From Promethearchaeota archaeon (lineage in GTDB: Archaea; Asgardarchaeota; Lokiarchaeia; Sigyniarchaeales; SOKP01), in contig JAFGOA010000036.1 of the NCBI GenBank assembly GCA_016926735.1, forward strand, positions 33,821-97,820: DNA of 64,000 bases. Direction: 5' to 3'. Under the pieces are notes generated by a model. That model was not told where the DNA came from. It worked only from the letters and a program-made list of their open reading frames with translations, and ran no database searches. Below are positions 40,809-50,809 of this stretch, one piece after another. Numbering within the stretch: position 1 is the stretch's first letter; each line of letters starts with the position of its first letter. The position numbers and the translations under genes are program-made.

Positions 40809-42167
40809 ATGCCAAGTAAAAATGACTTTTTTATTGGAGAAGCTTTAATGGGAGAAGCACCAGACCTTGCACACTTGGATGTTATGATCGGTTCAAAACA
40901 AGGACCTGTAGGATTTGCTTTTGCCCAATCACTTAGTCAACCATCTAAGGGACATGGAAGTCTATTAGCCGTAATCAGGCCTAATCTATGTCCTAAACCA
41001 CAAACAATAATAATTCCAAAAGTAACTATTGCTAATTTAGATCAAGCTAATAAGATCTTTGGTCCAGCTCAATCTGCTGTTGCTAAAGCTGTAGCTGATT
41101 GTGTTGATGAAGGGGCAATACCTGAAAGTAAATTAGATGATTGGGTTATAATTGTTAATGTTTTTATCCATCCTGAAGCAAAAGATTATAGAAGAATTTA
41201 TCAATACAATTATGGTGCTACAAAATTAGCAATTAGGAGAGCTTTAGATAATTATCCCCCTCTTAAGAAGATTCTTTATGATAAAGACAGAGCTAAACAT
41301 CCAGTTGCAGGAATTAAAGTACCAAAACTATGGAGACCGCCTTATCTCCAAGTAGCTCTTGATCATCCTTCAATGGAACACCAAGCTAAAGTAATAAAGC
41401 AACTACCTAATAGTGATAGGATTATATTAGAAGTGGGTACTCCATTCTTAAAAAAATATGGAATGGATGCTATAAGGCAAGTACGTGAATTAGCACCTAA
41501 TAAATATATTGTTGCTGATCTCAAAACATTAGATGTTGGAAAACTAGAAGTAGATGATGCTTTTAAAGCTACTGCTGATGGTGTTGTAGTAAGTGGTTTA
41601 GCATCAACATCGTCAATCGACAAATTTCTGCTAGAAGCTGAAAGAATGGGAATTGATGGAATAATTGATATGATGGAAGTTGAGGATCCTGTTGCAAAAT
41701 TAAAACGATTAAAACAAATTCCACGTGTTGTAATTTTACATAGAGGTATTGATTCTGAACAATCAGTTTCTGTATCTGGATCTAATGAAACGCAGCGTAA
41801 AAAATGGGGTTTTGTACCAATGATTAAAGAATTATATAAGAACGATAAATTACTAAGTGGAAAAGATCGAGTATTAGTTGCTGTGGCAGGAGGTATATCT
41901 CCAGAAACTGCATTTAATGCCGTTGATGTAGGTGCTGATATATTAATTGTTGGAAGATATATCACTTCAAGTAAAGATGTAAAGAATTCGACCAGAAGAA
42001 TAATTAATATATTACCAGGGTATTCAGATATCGATTTAACAAGAATTCACGAAGAAGATGATGATGATGCTGCTTTACAAAAACAATTAGAAGATAATGA
42101 TTCAACTCCTAAAATTCCAAAAAAAAAACTACTTGAAGAAAAGAAAATAGTAAGAGACGTTCAATAG
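40809..42167 (+). CDS. fae-hps: Bifunctional formaldehyde-activating enzyme / 3-hexulose-6-phosphate synthase
   Basis: Fae: IGEAL.G...AHLD, GPAQ.AVA, YNYGATK; Hps: LQVALD, LEVGTP, ADLKTLD, LHRGID, AVAGGI, VGR. Confidence 0.93.
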   Translation: MPSKNDFFIGEALMGEAPDLAHLDVMIGSKQGPVGFAFAQSLSQPSKGHGSLLAVIRPNLCPKPQTIIIPKVTIANLDQANKIFGPAQSAVAKAVADCVDEGAIPESKLDDWVIIVNVFIHPEAKDYRRIYQYNYGATKLAIRRALDNYPPLKKILYDKDRAKHPVAGIKVPKLWRPPYLQVALDHPSMEHQAKVIKQLPNSDRIILEVGTPFLKKYGMDAIRQVRELAPNKYIVADLKTLDVGKLEVDDAFKATADGVVVSGLASTSSIDKFLLEAERMGIDGIIDMMEVEDPVAKLKRLKQIPRVVILHRGIDSEQSVSVSGSNETQRKKWGFVPMIKELYKNDKLLSGKDRVLVAVAGGISPETAFNAVDVGADILIVGRYITSSKDVKNSTRRIINILPGYSDIDLTRIHEEDDDDAALQKQLEDNDSTPKIPKKKLLEEKKIVRDVQ

Positions 42168-42218
42168 GTTTTATTATTTAATTCTCCAAATCTATTATTA
42201 ATAGATTTATTTTTTATT

Positions 42219-42674
42219 TTATTTATTAAATTTGACTAATAAAGAACAATTATTCCCTCCTCGGAGAATAGATGTTTCCAATTGAACATCAACAGATTTT
42301 CCTAAAACAAACTCTAAATTTTCTTTTAGATTAAATTTTGAACAATCACATAAGTATGGTCCTTTTAATAAGTTTAATAAAACCAAATCACAATAACATT
42401 TTGGATAAATAAATCTTATTTTTGTATCGTTTATTTTTTCGATTATTATTCCTCTATTAAATTTTACACTGATTAAATCAAGAAATGAATTAAAATCAGT
42501 ACTTTCTTCATATGCTTCTTTGAATTTATTTGCAGTAAATGAATGAGAACAAGCAATACCACACTCTTTTAAAATCTTATCTCTTGCATCTTTATCTATC
42601 TCTTTTAATCCCTTCTTTAGCCCGGAGAACCAATGTTTGAAGAAATTTATACAATCATCGTTTAATTCTGTCAT
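42219..42674 (-). CDS. Cys-rich small protein (DUF6144/V4R-like)
   Basis: CG.AC, CYC, CDCS and SILRGGNNC pattern. Confidence 0.6.
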   Translation of the reverse strand: MTELNDDCINFFKHWFSGLKKGLKEIDKDARDKILKECGIACSHSFTANKFKEAYEESTDFNSFLDLISVKFNRGIIIEKINDTKIRFIYPKCYCDLVLLNLLKGPYLCDCSKFNLKENLEFVLGKSVDVQLETSILRGGNNCSLLVKFNK

Positions 42675-42881
42675 TTTTTTCTTTTTTTCTTTTAAAATAA
42701 ATAAATTAAATAAATACTTCAAGTCATTTCTTATTTTTTAACTTTAGTCAATTATTTTCATATACTTTATTTATCCTTCTTTTTTCTCCTATTATACTAG
42801 GTATATTTATCTAGTTAACTTTAGTCATATTTTTTTTTTTTTATAAATGAATTCTGTTAAATAAAGTATTAATCCAAAAAG

Positions 42882-42924
42882 TTTAAATATAGTTCATCAT
42901 TGAATAGTTCAGCACTGAACTATT
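42882..42924 (+). promoter_or_regulatory. TATA box followed by a perfect palindromic operator (probable MarR site)
   Basis: TTTAAATA at 42882-42889; AATAGTTCAG-CA-CTGAACTATT at 42903-42924; degenerate copy ATAGTTCA-TCAT-TGAATAG at 42889-42907. Confidence 0.75.
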
Positions 42925-42971
42925 AATAATTATTTAAAAAAATCAATAAGTATAATTAAGAGAAAAATAAA

Positions 42972-43745
42972 ATGAATGAAGTAATAAAAACTATTAATAA
43001 TTTAAGGTCTATCAGGAAATTTTCAGAAGAAATAATTAATGATGATAAATTAAAAATAATTCTTAATTCAGCAATTAGAGCCGCTAATGCATCATCAATG
43101 CAAAGTTATTCTATGATAGTGGTAAAAGAAAGGGAGATTATGAAATCATTAACGGGTTATACTGGAAGTGTTGCTATAGTCTATTGTGTCGATTATTTTA
43201 GATATCTTAAATTAGCAGAATATTTAGATCATTCTTATGATGTCTTTGATATTATATCATTTATTACTGGAACAATTGATACGATATTAGCTGCTCAAAC
43301 ATCTGTAATTGCTGCAAAATCAATGGATATTGATTCTTTAATTACTAATGGAGTTAATAGAATGGGTTTAGATAATGCCTTCGAAATTTTAAACTTACCA
43401 GAAAAAGGTTGTTTTCCTTTGATAACCGTTATATTTGGTTATTCTAATGAAAAATCTAAAAAAAAACATGGAAGATTAAATGATAGTTCTATAATCCATT
43501 ATAATAAATACAGTAAATTAACTGAAGAAAATATTAGGACTTTAGTAGAAACCTATAATAATTATGATAATCCATTAGGATTGATAAATAATTGGGAAGA
43601 ATTAGGATTGAAGAATTATTTAGATTGGCTTTTTACTAGATGGTTAGGAAGTAATAATCTTAATTCTACTAATGATGGATTAAAGAGCTTTTATGATATA
43701 TTAAAAAAAATAGGTTTTTTAAAATATTCAAATTTTAAAATGTGA
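42972..43745 (+). CDS. Nitroreductase (NfsA-like)
   Basis: RSIRKF, AANAS.MQSYS, D..LAAQ, LNLP...FP..GY. Confidence 0.88.
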   Translation: MNEVIKTINNLRSIRKFSEEIINDDKLKIILNSAIRAANASSMQSYSMIVVKEREIMKSLTGYTGSVAIVYCVDYFRYLKLAEYLDHSYDVFDIISFITGTIDTILAAQTSVIAAKSMDIDSLITNGVNRMGLDNAFEILNLPEKGCFPLITVIFGYSNEKSKKKHGRLNDSSIIHYNKYSKLTEENIRTLVETYNNYDNPLGLINNWEELGLKNYLDWLFTRWLGSNNLNSTNDGLKSFYDILKKIGFLKYSNFKM

Positions 43746-43746
43746 G

Positions 43747-44220
43747 ATGATTATAATTAAAGAACAGGAAGTTAAAGATATAGTTAGAAACATAATTGAG
43801 AATGCAGAATTTGTACATTTAGGTACAATAGATAAAGAAGGGTATCCAAATATACGATTAATGATGAATCTTAAGGATAAAAAAAGATATCCAGAAATAT
43901 CTGATATCATTAAGCATTATAATGAGGGATTTGTAACCTATCTAAGCACAAATACATCTTCAAATAAAATACAACATATTAAAGACATTGAAAAAGCATC
44001 TTTATATTATGAATCGACATCAGATGTATGGCAAGGAGTTATGTTTTTAGGAACAATTGAGATTGTAAATAATATCGATATTAAAAATGATTTATGGGAA
44101 GAAAGTTGGGTTATGTATTATCCCAAAGGACTGAGTGATCCAGATTTTACAATTCTGAAATTTAGTCCCCATTTCTTAAAATACTATGCTAAATTAAATA
44201 ATTATTGTTTTAAATTATAA
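43747..44220 (+). CDS. Pyridoxamine 5'-phosphate oxidase-like FMN-binding protein
   Basis: LGTIDKEGYPNIR.M, STNTSS.K, W...YY..G..DPDF. Confidence 0.85.
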   Translation: MIIIKEQEVKDIVRNIIENAEFVHLGTIDKEGYPNIRLMMNLKDKKRYPEISDIIKHYNEGFVTYLSTNTSSNKIQHIKDIEKASLYYESTSDVWQGVMFLGTIEIVNNIDIKNDLWEESWVMYYPKGLSDPDFTILKFSPHFLKYYAKLNNYCFKL

Positions 44221-44245
44221 AAGAATATATTATTATCATTTTACC

Positions 44246-44704
44246 ATGTCGACTTTAAAAGAACAACGTAAAGCAGGATTTTTGATATCTCAAATTCAAC
44301 AAATTTCAAGTAGAATTCTTAATAAAAAATTAAAAGAAAACAAAATATATAATATAACTGCCTCTAAAGGCAGAATTTTATTTACTCTTTGGAAAAAAGA
44401 TAATATTACACTTATGGAATTAGCTAAAAAAACCTCTTTAAGTAAATCAAATTTATCAATGACTCTTGATAAAATGGAAAAAGAAGGAAGAATATTAAGA
44501 AAGAATTCTCCTGATAATAGACGTGAAATTAGAATTGAATTATTAGAAAAAGGACTAAATGATCTAAATAAAAAATTTTTAAAAATTTCTATGGAAATGA
44601 ATGAATTATTTTTCAAAGGATTTGATGAAAAAGAAATTGATGCCTTTGAAAATTATCTTGATAGAAGTTTACAAAATCTAAAGAATTATAACTTGAAAAA
44701 ATAG
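44246..44704 (+). CDS. MarR-family regulator
   Basis: IL..LW, ELAKKT.LSKSNLS..LDKME..G.I.R..SP.NRR. Confidence 0.92.
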   Translation: MSTLKEQRKAGFLISQIQQISSRILNKKLKENKIYNITASKGRILFTLWKKDNITLMELAKKTSLSKSNLSMTLDKMEKEGRILRKNSPDNRREIRIELLEKGLNDLNKKFLKISMEMNELFFKGFDEKEIDAFENYLDRSLQNLKNYNLKK

Positions 44705-44738
44705 AAAATTAAAATAAAGGGAAAAAAAAAACTTATTA

Positions 44739-47006
44739 TTACTTAATTGGTCTACTGTTTGCTTGAAAGATAGGTCCAACAAACTGAGAATAGAGCTTAG
44801 CATATTGCATTTGATCACTTACTATACTAATCAATTCAGATTCATCATCTGTGAGTGGTGCTAAAATGATTTCTTCTGCATCTCGAGTTACAGCAAAGAA
44901 TTCTCCAGCTTGGGATAATTGACGAAATTGTATATTTCCTAATTGTTTCATTTTATTAATAATTCCTCCATATGCGTTCATATCCCAGTGACTAGTTAAC
45001 ATAAATCGAGCAGCTTTCTTTTGGAATGCTATTTCTGATATAGTTTGTAAAATTTCAGGTACAACAATTGGAGTAACAATTATAATTGAAGATTTTGTTC
45101 TATATATTGCATCTTTTATACATGATACTAATGCTTGTCTTCCAACAGTATGCCAAGTAGTACTTCTAGATATTTCAGGAATCTTTTTTGAAGCTGTAAA
45201 AATATCTGTAAGTTTTTCTTCTGTAGTATTAGCTTTTTCAGTTGCATCATCAATAGAATTCATAAATTCAAGTGTAAAGTCTGCGATAGCATCTTTTGTA
45301 TTTTGAGTGTTATCTTTTATAGTATTTGAAAGACTGTTTTGTAATGTTGTTGCGTTTAATTTATATTTTGCTTTATGATCTTCAAGCATTTCACTAAGAT
45401 TTTTATTCATATCGATAGATTCTTTATCCCAAAAAGTAATACTACCACTTATTTTTTCTGTTACATTTTTATTTGCATTAGTGAATTTTGTGTTAACATC
45501 TCCAACCCATCCATCATTCTTTTTCTTAATTTCAGTATCAAAAGCAGTGTAATGTCTTAAACTGTTGTCTTTATGTTGATTAATTGCATTATCATATTGA
45601 TTATGATGAGTTTTAATAGATTTTTCTAATGAATCTTTTAATTTTACCGTAGTATCTGAACAATCATCGATACCTCCCTTTAGAGTATTATCAATCTCCT
45701 TATTTAAATCTGTTGCTAGATTTTCTAATTGAGCATTCAGCGTTTCTTGAGCTTCTTTATCGAGATTCTTTGTTTCTGAAGCAAGACCATTATTTTCATT
45801 AGAAATAACATTTTCTATATTTGATTTTCCTTCTTCTGTAGAACCTTTGTTTGTTTTAATGAAATCTTCACTTTCTTTGATAAACTCTTTTTTTAAAGGT
45901 TTAGAATATTTTAGGATATCTTCTTTAACTTGAGAGTATCTTGCTTTGTATTTTTTATGTTTTCCTAAAAATAAAGACTTAAAGGCTGAACCTCTACTAG
46001 CTAGATCCTCTGAAAGGTCACTAAATCTATTTGAAATTTCTAAGAGATTATCTATTATTTTTAAAGATGTTTCTTTAAAGTTTGTTGTTTGTTTTGATAT
46101 AATATCATGACGATCATCTAATTTTGATTTAAGATCTTTTTGTAAGTTGTTTGTTGTATTCAGTAAATGATCAATATGAATACCTAACAACTTTGATATC
46201 TTATTTTTTAATTCTTTTATAATCTTATCCATTCTTTCAAGATATTTTTCAAGAATCATTTCCATTTTTGGTTTCAGATCATTTGCAATCGCTTTATGTC
46301 TATCAACATGTCCATCTAAATCTTTTTTAAGTTCGCTATCTAAATTTTTTACTCTTTCAGAAAAGTCACTCAATAAATTTGTAACTATTTTGGTAATATC
46401 ATCTTTGGATTTATTAATTTCAGATTCGTTTCCAGAAACGAAATTAGTAGAAATATTTTTTAGATCAGAATTTAATGTATTCATTATTTCATGAAGATTT
46501 TTCTCTAAATTCTTTTCTGTATCTGTAAATTTCTGTTTACTACTATTAATTCTAGTATCTTTATTTTTATTTTTTAAATCAGAATCTTCAAAAAAATGAG
46601 TTATTTGCGATTTTACAGCACTTTCAACTTCAGTTATACTTTTAGATTGGATTTGCTCAAGTTTTCCAAATCTATCTGATTGGTCTTTAAAAACTCTATC
46701 TTTAATATCAGCAATTGCTACTCTAAAAGTCTCAGATTCTGTATTAAATAACTCAAAAAAAGGTTCAAGAGGAATATATCTCTTTATAATTCCATCAATT
46801 TCTTTAAGAAATCCATTCCCTACAAATTTATTCGTTATTTCAATAACTCTATCAAATGTAATATCTTTTCCTTCAGCATCTTCTAAATGATAAAAGACCT
46901 CACTTGCGGTAGCTCTTGGAACTCTTAGATATACTAAATAAACATCTATTTCATCCTCTGTAAGGCCATATCGTGTAAAAATCTGTTTTGTAAATTCTTT
47001 TAACAT
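44739..47006 (-). CDS. TrmB-like wHTH plus about 500-aa coiled coil plus TrmB/PLD-like C-terminal domain
   Basis: YGLTEDEIDVYLVYL...TASEV N-terminus, heptad-rich middle, C-terminal AI..TKSSIIIVTP...TRDAEEIILAP. Confidence 0.7.
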   Translation of the reverse strand: MLKEFTKQIFTRYGLTEDEIDVYLVYLRVPRATASEVFYHLEDAEGKDITFDRVIEITNKFVGNGFLKEIDGIIKRYIPLEPFFELFNTESETFRVAIADIKDRVFKDQSDRFGKLEQIQSKSITEVESAVKSQITHFFEDSDLKNKNKDTRINSSKQKFTDTEKNLEKNLHEIMNTLNSDLKNISTNFVSGNESEINKSKDDITKIVTNLLSDFSERVKNLDSELKKDLDGHVDRHKAIANDLKPKMEMILEKYLERMDKIIKELKNKISKLLGIHIDHLLNTTNNLQKDLKSKLDDRHDIISKQTTNFKETSLKIIDNLLEISNRFSDLSEDLASRGSAFKSLFLGKHKKYKARYSQVKEDILKYSKPLKKEFIKESEDFIKTNKGSTEEGKSNIENVISNENNGLASETKNLDKEAQETLNAQLENLATDLNKEIDNTLKGGIDDCSDTTVKLKDSLEKSIKTHHNQYDNAINQHKDNSLRHYTAFDTEIKKKNDGWVGDVNTKFTNANKNVTEKISGSITFWDKESIDMNKNLSEMLEDHKAKYKLNATTLQNSLSNTIKDNTQNTKDAIADFTLEFMNSIDDATEKANTTEEKLTDIFTASKKIPEISRSTTWHTVGRQALVSCIKDAIYRTKSSIIIVTPIVVPEILQTISEIAFQKKAARFMLTSHWDMNAYGGIINKMKQLGNIQFRQLSQAGEFFAVTRDAEEIILAPLTDDESELISIVSDQMQYAKLYSQFVGPIFQANSRPIK

Positions 47007-47261
47007 GGAATTTTCTCCGTCTTTCTAATTCAAAATAGTATAAATGAATATTAAATTTATATAAAGAGAGAATAGTTATTAATATTTTTAAATTTATCAT
47101 TTAAAATTTTTAATTTAAAGCATTTTTTTACACTTCTTTAGCAAAAAAAATACTTTTGATATTATTTTATCACTGAATTATCTTAAATTGGGAAAATTTA
47201 TCCCTCAATGCTTTATAAACACAATTTATTCTATTTTATTAAACAAATATAGGTTAATAAA

Positions 47262-47930
47262 ATGAAAAAAAAAAATATATTATTAATAATGGTCTTGACA
47301 AGTATTAGTATATTATCAATGTTCTCTATGATAAATTTGTCTAGTGCGGCACCATTGGGTTTTGAACAACAAACATTTCAAATAGAAGCGCAAAATCAAA
47401 ATAGTTTTCAATTTCAACAACAAACTAGAATTAACATAACATCTGAGGTAGATATTGAAGGTACGATTCTATGTGAATCCTTAAAAATTGAAAATAAGGA
47501 TTTTGTGTTAGAAATAACATCTGCTGAAGGAGATATGAATTTAAATATGACTTGTACCGAAGAACAAGCGGAATTAGGTTTATTAAATGGAGAAAGAATT
47601 ACAGCAAGAAATAGAAATCGTTTAAGATATCAAGAAGGATTTTGTATATGTATAGATGCTAATTGCTCAGAAATTCAAGCAAGATTAAGAATAAAAGCTA
47701 CAGAACAAAATAAAGACGGTACATGGGCTTATTATAATGAGACCTCAGAGGAATGGATAACATCACCAACTACAGTTAAAGATGGATATCTTGAAACTAT
47801 TACAGATCATTTCTCTTATTGGACAATTTTTATTTCAGAACAAGATTTTACAATTCTTTACGTCGGAATTGGTGCTACGGTTATTATATTATTAGGTGTT
47901 ATTGGATTTATATACTATAAAAAAAGATAA
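47262..47930 (+). CDS. Secreted surface protein with a C-terminal membrane anchor
   Basis: MKKK plus hydrophobic signal peptide, beta-rich ectodomain, TDHFSYW, C-terminal TM plus KKR. Confidence 0.75.
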   Translation: MKKKNILLIMVLTSISILSMFSMINLSSAAPLGFEQQTFQIEAQNQNSFQFQQQTRINITSEVDIEGTILCESLKIENKDFVLEITSAEGDMNLNMTCTEEQAELGLLNGERITARNRNRLRYQEGFCICIDANCSEIQARLRIKATEQNKDGTWAYYNETSEEWITSPTTVKDGYLETITDHFSYWTIFISEQDFTILYVGIGATVIILLGVIGFIYYKKR

Positions 47931-47977
47931 TTAATATTTTTTTTATTTTTTTAATTTAATTATAAAAGGAAAAATAT

Positions 47978-49243
47978 ATGAAACAAAAAAAACAAATTAA
48001 AAAAAAAATTTTTATCATTTCATTTTTCATGTTAATTTTATTTGAATTTAACTTTATTTTTACTCTTTCCTTATCAGAAACAAGAGTTATATCTGGGACC
48101 CAAGTCTATGATGATATAGTAAATCCTAACCAAACAGTCATTTATAATTTTTCAGATAATAATATCTTGTTTGGAATATCAACAAACTCTGAAATCAATA
48201 TGAATTTAGATATTGGATCAACTATCTTTAATAGAGAGTCATTTATAATAGTGAATAATAACAATAATTCTATATATTTTAATTGCTCTTTAAGATCGAA
48301 CATGGAGCAATATGATATGCAACAAAAACCAAAAGGTCCTCCTAGTACTAATTTTCAATACAGATATTCATATAATAATATTATAAGAATAAGATCAAAT
48401 ATAACCATTCAGAACTTAACAATTCAATTTAAAAAACTTTCACAATTTGGATTAGCAAATAATCTCAACCATAAAATAGGCATATATGAAAATAATCTTG
48501 AATCCTGGACAATTGTTCCTACTTATAACAAAATTAACCAGTCCAGTACTGAACCCTATATTGAAGGAGAATTTCTTAATCTGGAAGGAGAACAAGATTA
48601 CTTTATCACTATTTTTGAAATTATAAATATAAATTATAACTGGATATGGATTTCTATAGTATCTATAGCCATTGCTTTATTTGCAATTATAATTGTTATT
48701 TCAAAAAGAGAATATATTCATCTCTTACGAACACGTATGATTCCAATAGATAAAGGGGTTCATAATCTGACATTAGATGATGTATTAGAAAATGAGAATA
48801 GAAATAAACTTATTGATCTAATATTAAATGAACCAGGCATACATTTTAATGAATTATTGAGAAAAACTAATCTATCTGCTGGAAACTTAGCTTGGCATTT
48901 AGATATACTCGAAACGTATAAAATAATTGGAAAAAAAAGATTTGATCATTATCTTGTATATTTCCCATATTATCAAAAAAACCCAATTTCAAATATAGAT
49001 CTGAAATTGCAGAAGAGTGAACTTACAATAAAGATTTTAGAAATGATTGAAAATAATCCTGGGATTTATAACCAAAAATTAGCTATTGAGTTGGGAGTGG
49101 ATCATAAAACTATTACATATCATGTTAATAAATTATTTAATTTAGAACTAATCTATATACAAAAACAAGGAAGGAAAAAGAAATTTTTTCCTAATTTAGA
49201 TGCAGAATATTTTTTAAACAATCATGAAACTAATAATAATTAA
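47978..49243 (+). CDS. Membrane-anchored tandem-wHTH regulator with extracellular domain
   Basis: Signal/TM, Asn-rich ectodomain, TM WIWISIVSIAIALFAIIIVI, then NEPGIHFNEL...LAWHL and NNPGIY...ITYHV. Confidence 0.8.
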   Translation: MKQKKQIKKKIFIISFFMLILFEFNFIFTLSLSETRVISGTQVYDDIVNPNQTVIYNFSDNNILFGISTNSEINMNLDIGSTIFNRESFIIVNNNNNSIYFNCSLRSNMEQYDMQQKPKGPPSTNFQYRYSYNNIIRIRSNITIQNLTIQFKKLSQFGLANNLNHKIGIYENNLESWTIVPTYNKINQSSTEPYIEGEFLNLEGEQDYFITIFEIININYNWIWISIVSIAIALFAIIIVISKREYIHLLRTRMIPIDKGVHNLTLDDVLENENRNKLIDLILNEPGIHFNELLRKTNLSAGNLAWHLDILETYKIIGKKRFDHYLVYFPYYQKNPISNIDLKLQKSELTIKILEMIENNPGIYNQKLAIELGVDHKTITYHVNKLFNLELIYIQKQGRKKKFFPNLDAEYFLNNHETNNN

Positions 49244-49248
49244 AATTT

Positions 49249-50649
49249 TCATAGATTAAACAACCAATTATTAATATCATTAGCAAAAATTGCAACCAAA
49301 ATAATACATAATATCATAACAAGACAGAAAAGTGCACCTTTTGTAATACCTCCTTTCTGATGTATATTTTTATACCTATATCTAAATTCTCTTGATTTTG
49401 CTTTATAGAAATATTTCAATCCTTTTAATGTAAGGATTAATTTTTCATCCAATTCTTCTATAAATCCTCCCTTTATTAGTCTTTCTAAGTGTTTTTCTAT
49501 TACTTTTGTACCCAGTTCTTTATAAAAAAAATCAGCAAATCCTTCATAGTATGTTCGACCGATATCAAGTCCCTTTTTAAAATTATTTATTAGTTCTGAA
49601 TGATTTATAGATTCACGTCTTATACTCGCAAGAATATATCCAGTTAATCTATTATTATATATTTGATCTGCCATTACTTTTATCTCTGTTATATCAAAAT
49701 TCTCCTCATTTTTCAATAAATCCATTAAAATTTCTCCACCTTCTTTAATTACAAATAAAGCAATAATTAATCCTACTATTGCATCCATAAAATAAAAGTT
49801 GAAAATAGAAAATGTAAATCCAATAAGAACTCCTGTGGAGATATATATATTCATCTGTGAATCTTTAGAATCACTTAATATTGACAAGTTTCCAGATATT
49901 CTGCCTACCATACTTTTTAAATACATTAATCCTCCATTTATAATAATTGAAAAAAATCCAATTAGATATGCTTGTATAGTTGGTATAATCTCAGATGGAT
50001 TCATTAATGAATTAATACTTGTCCATAATAAACTTAATCCTGTTATTAACATGAATCCTATAATTATAATACTTGATAACTTATCTTTTTTCAATTTTAG
50101 ACATAATACTACAATTATAGCAACTTTTACCAAATCAATAAAATTTTCAAATCCCTCATTTAACATCCCCTGAGAACCTAATGATATACCAACGATAATC
50201 TTTAATATTGAGAGGAAAATCAATGATATTGTTGTAGCAATCATTACAGATTTTTCTGAAAAAAACTTTCTCATCCAGTAGGTATTATGAAGAGTTATAT
50301 AATAACATAATTCTACAAGCTTAATACCCTCATGTGTTAATTCAATAAAGATATTTTCTTTTATTTTTATTAATTTCCTTTTTTTTGCATATTGAAGGTA
50401 TTCTTCAATATCTTGATCTTCTACAACAAGATGTTTTGTTGATGAAATAAAAATCAATCGCATTTTCTTTCTAATTGCCTCTAAATTATTTTCGCCATCG
50501 TATATAAGACCAAGAAAACCATAAAAATAATCTGTATGTGGTTGATGTTCTGAATTTTTAAATAATTCTGGAAATTCCTTTTTTATCGTATGAGGCCCAT
50601 AAAGAAGTTCTTTTTTGGAATATTTCTCTTTTAATTCAGATAAATGCAA
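49249..50649 (-). CDS. Cation diffusion facilitator TM domain flanked by wHTH-like domains
   Basis: LKIIVGI.LGS.GML.EG..NF.D and D.IVGLIIA TM core; LT.EG and LTLKG wing motifs on both sides. Confidence 0.7.
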   Translation of the reverse strand: MHLSELKEKYSKKELLYGPHTIKKEFPELFKNSEHQPHTDYFYGFLGLIYDGENNLEAIRKKMRLIFISSTKHLVVEDQDIEEYLQYAKKRKLIKIKENIFIELTHEGIKLVELCYYITLHNTYWMRKFFSEKSVMIATTISLIFLSILKIIVGISLGSQGMLNEGFENFIDLVKVAIIVVLCLKLKKDKLSSIIIIGFMLITGLSLLWTSINSLMNPSEIIPTIQAYLIGFFSIIINGGLMYLKSMVGRISGNLSILSDSKDSQMNIYISTGVLIGFTFSIFNFYFMDAIVGLIIALFVIKEGGEILMDLLKNEENFDITEIKVMADQIYNNRLTGYILASIRRESINHSELINNFKKGLDIGRTYYEGFADFFYKELGTKVIEKHLERLIKGGFIEELDEKLILTLKGLKYFYKAKSREFRYRYKNIHQKGGITKGALFCLVMILCIILVAIFANDINNWLFNL

Positions 50650-50809
50650 ATTCTACTTTTCCTTAAAGAATAATTGATATAATAAAATTTAATATGATAC
50701 AAAATTTATATTTTTAGGTACAACTAAGACAAAAAATTTTTCATTTTTCATTATTCTTATTATTTGAAATATTAAAAATTAAATATTATCTCCAGTTAAT
50801 ATATTAACT

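Noticed and set aside
41363-41965. 200-aa antisense ORF within fae-hps, and the other short antisense or overlapping ORFs in the track
   Set aside because: Shadow frames of well-supported genes with no independent motifs
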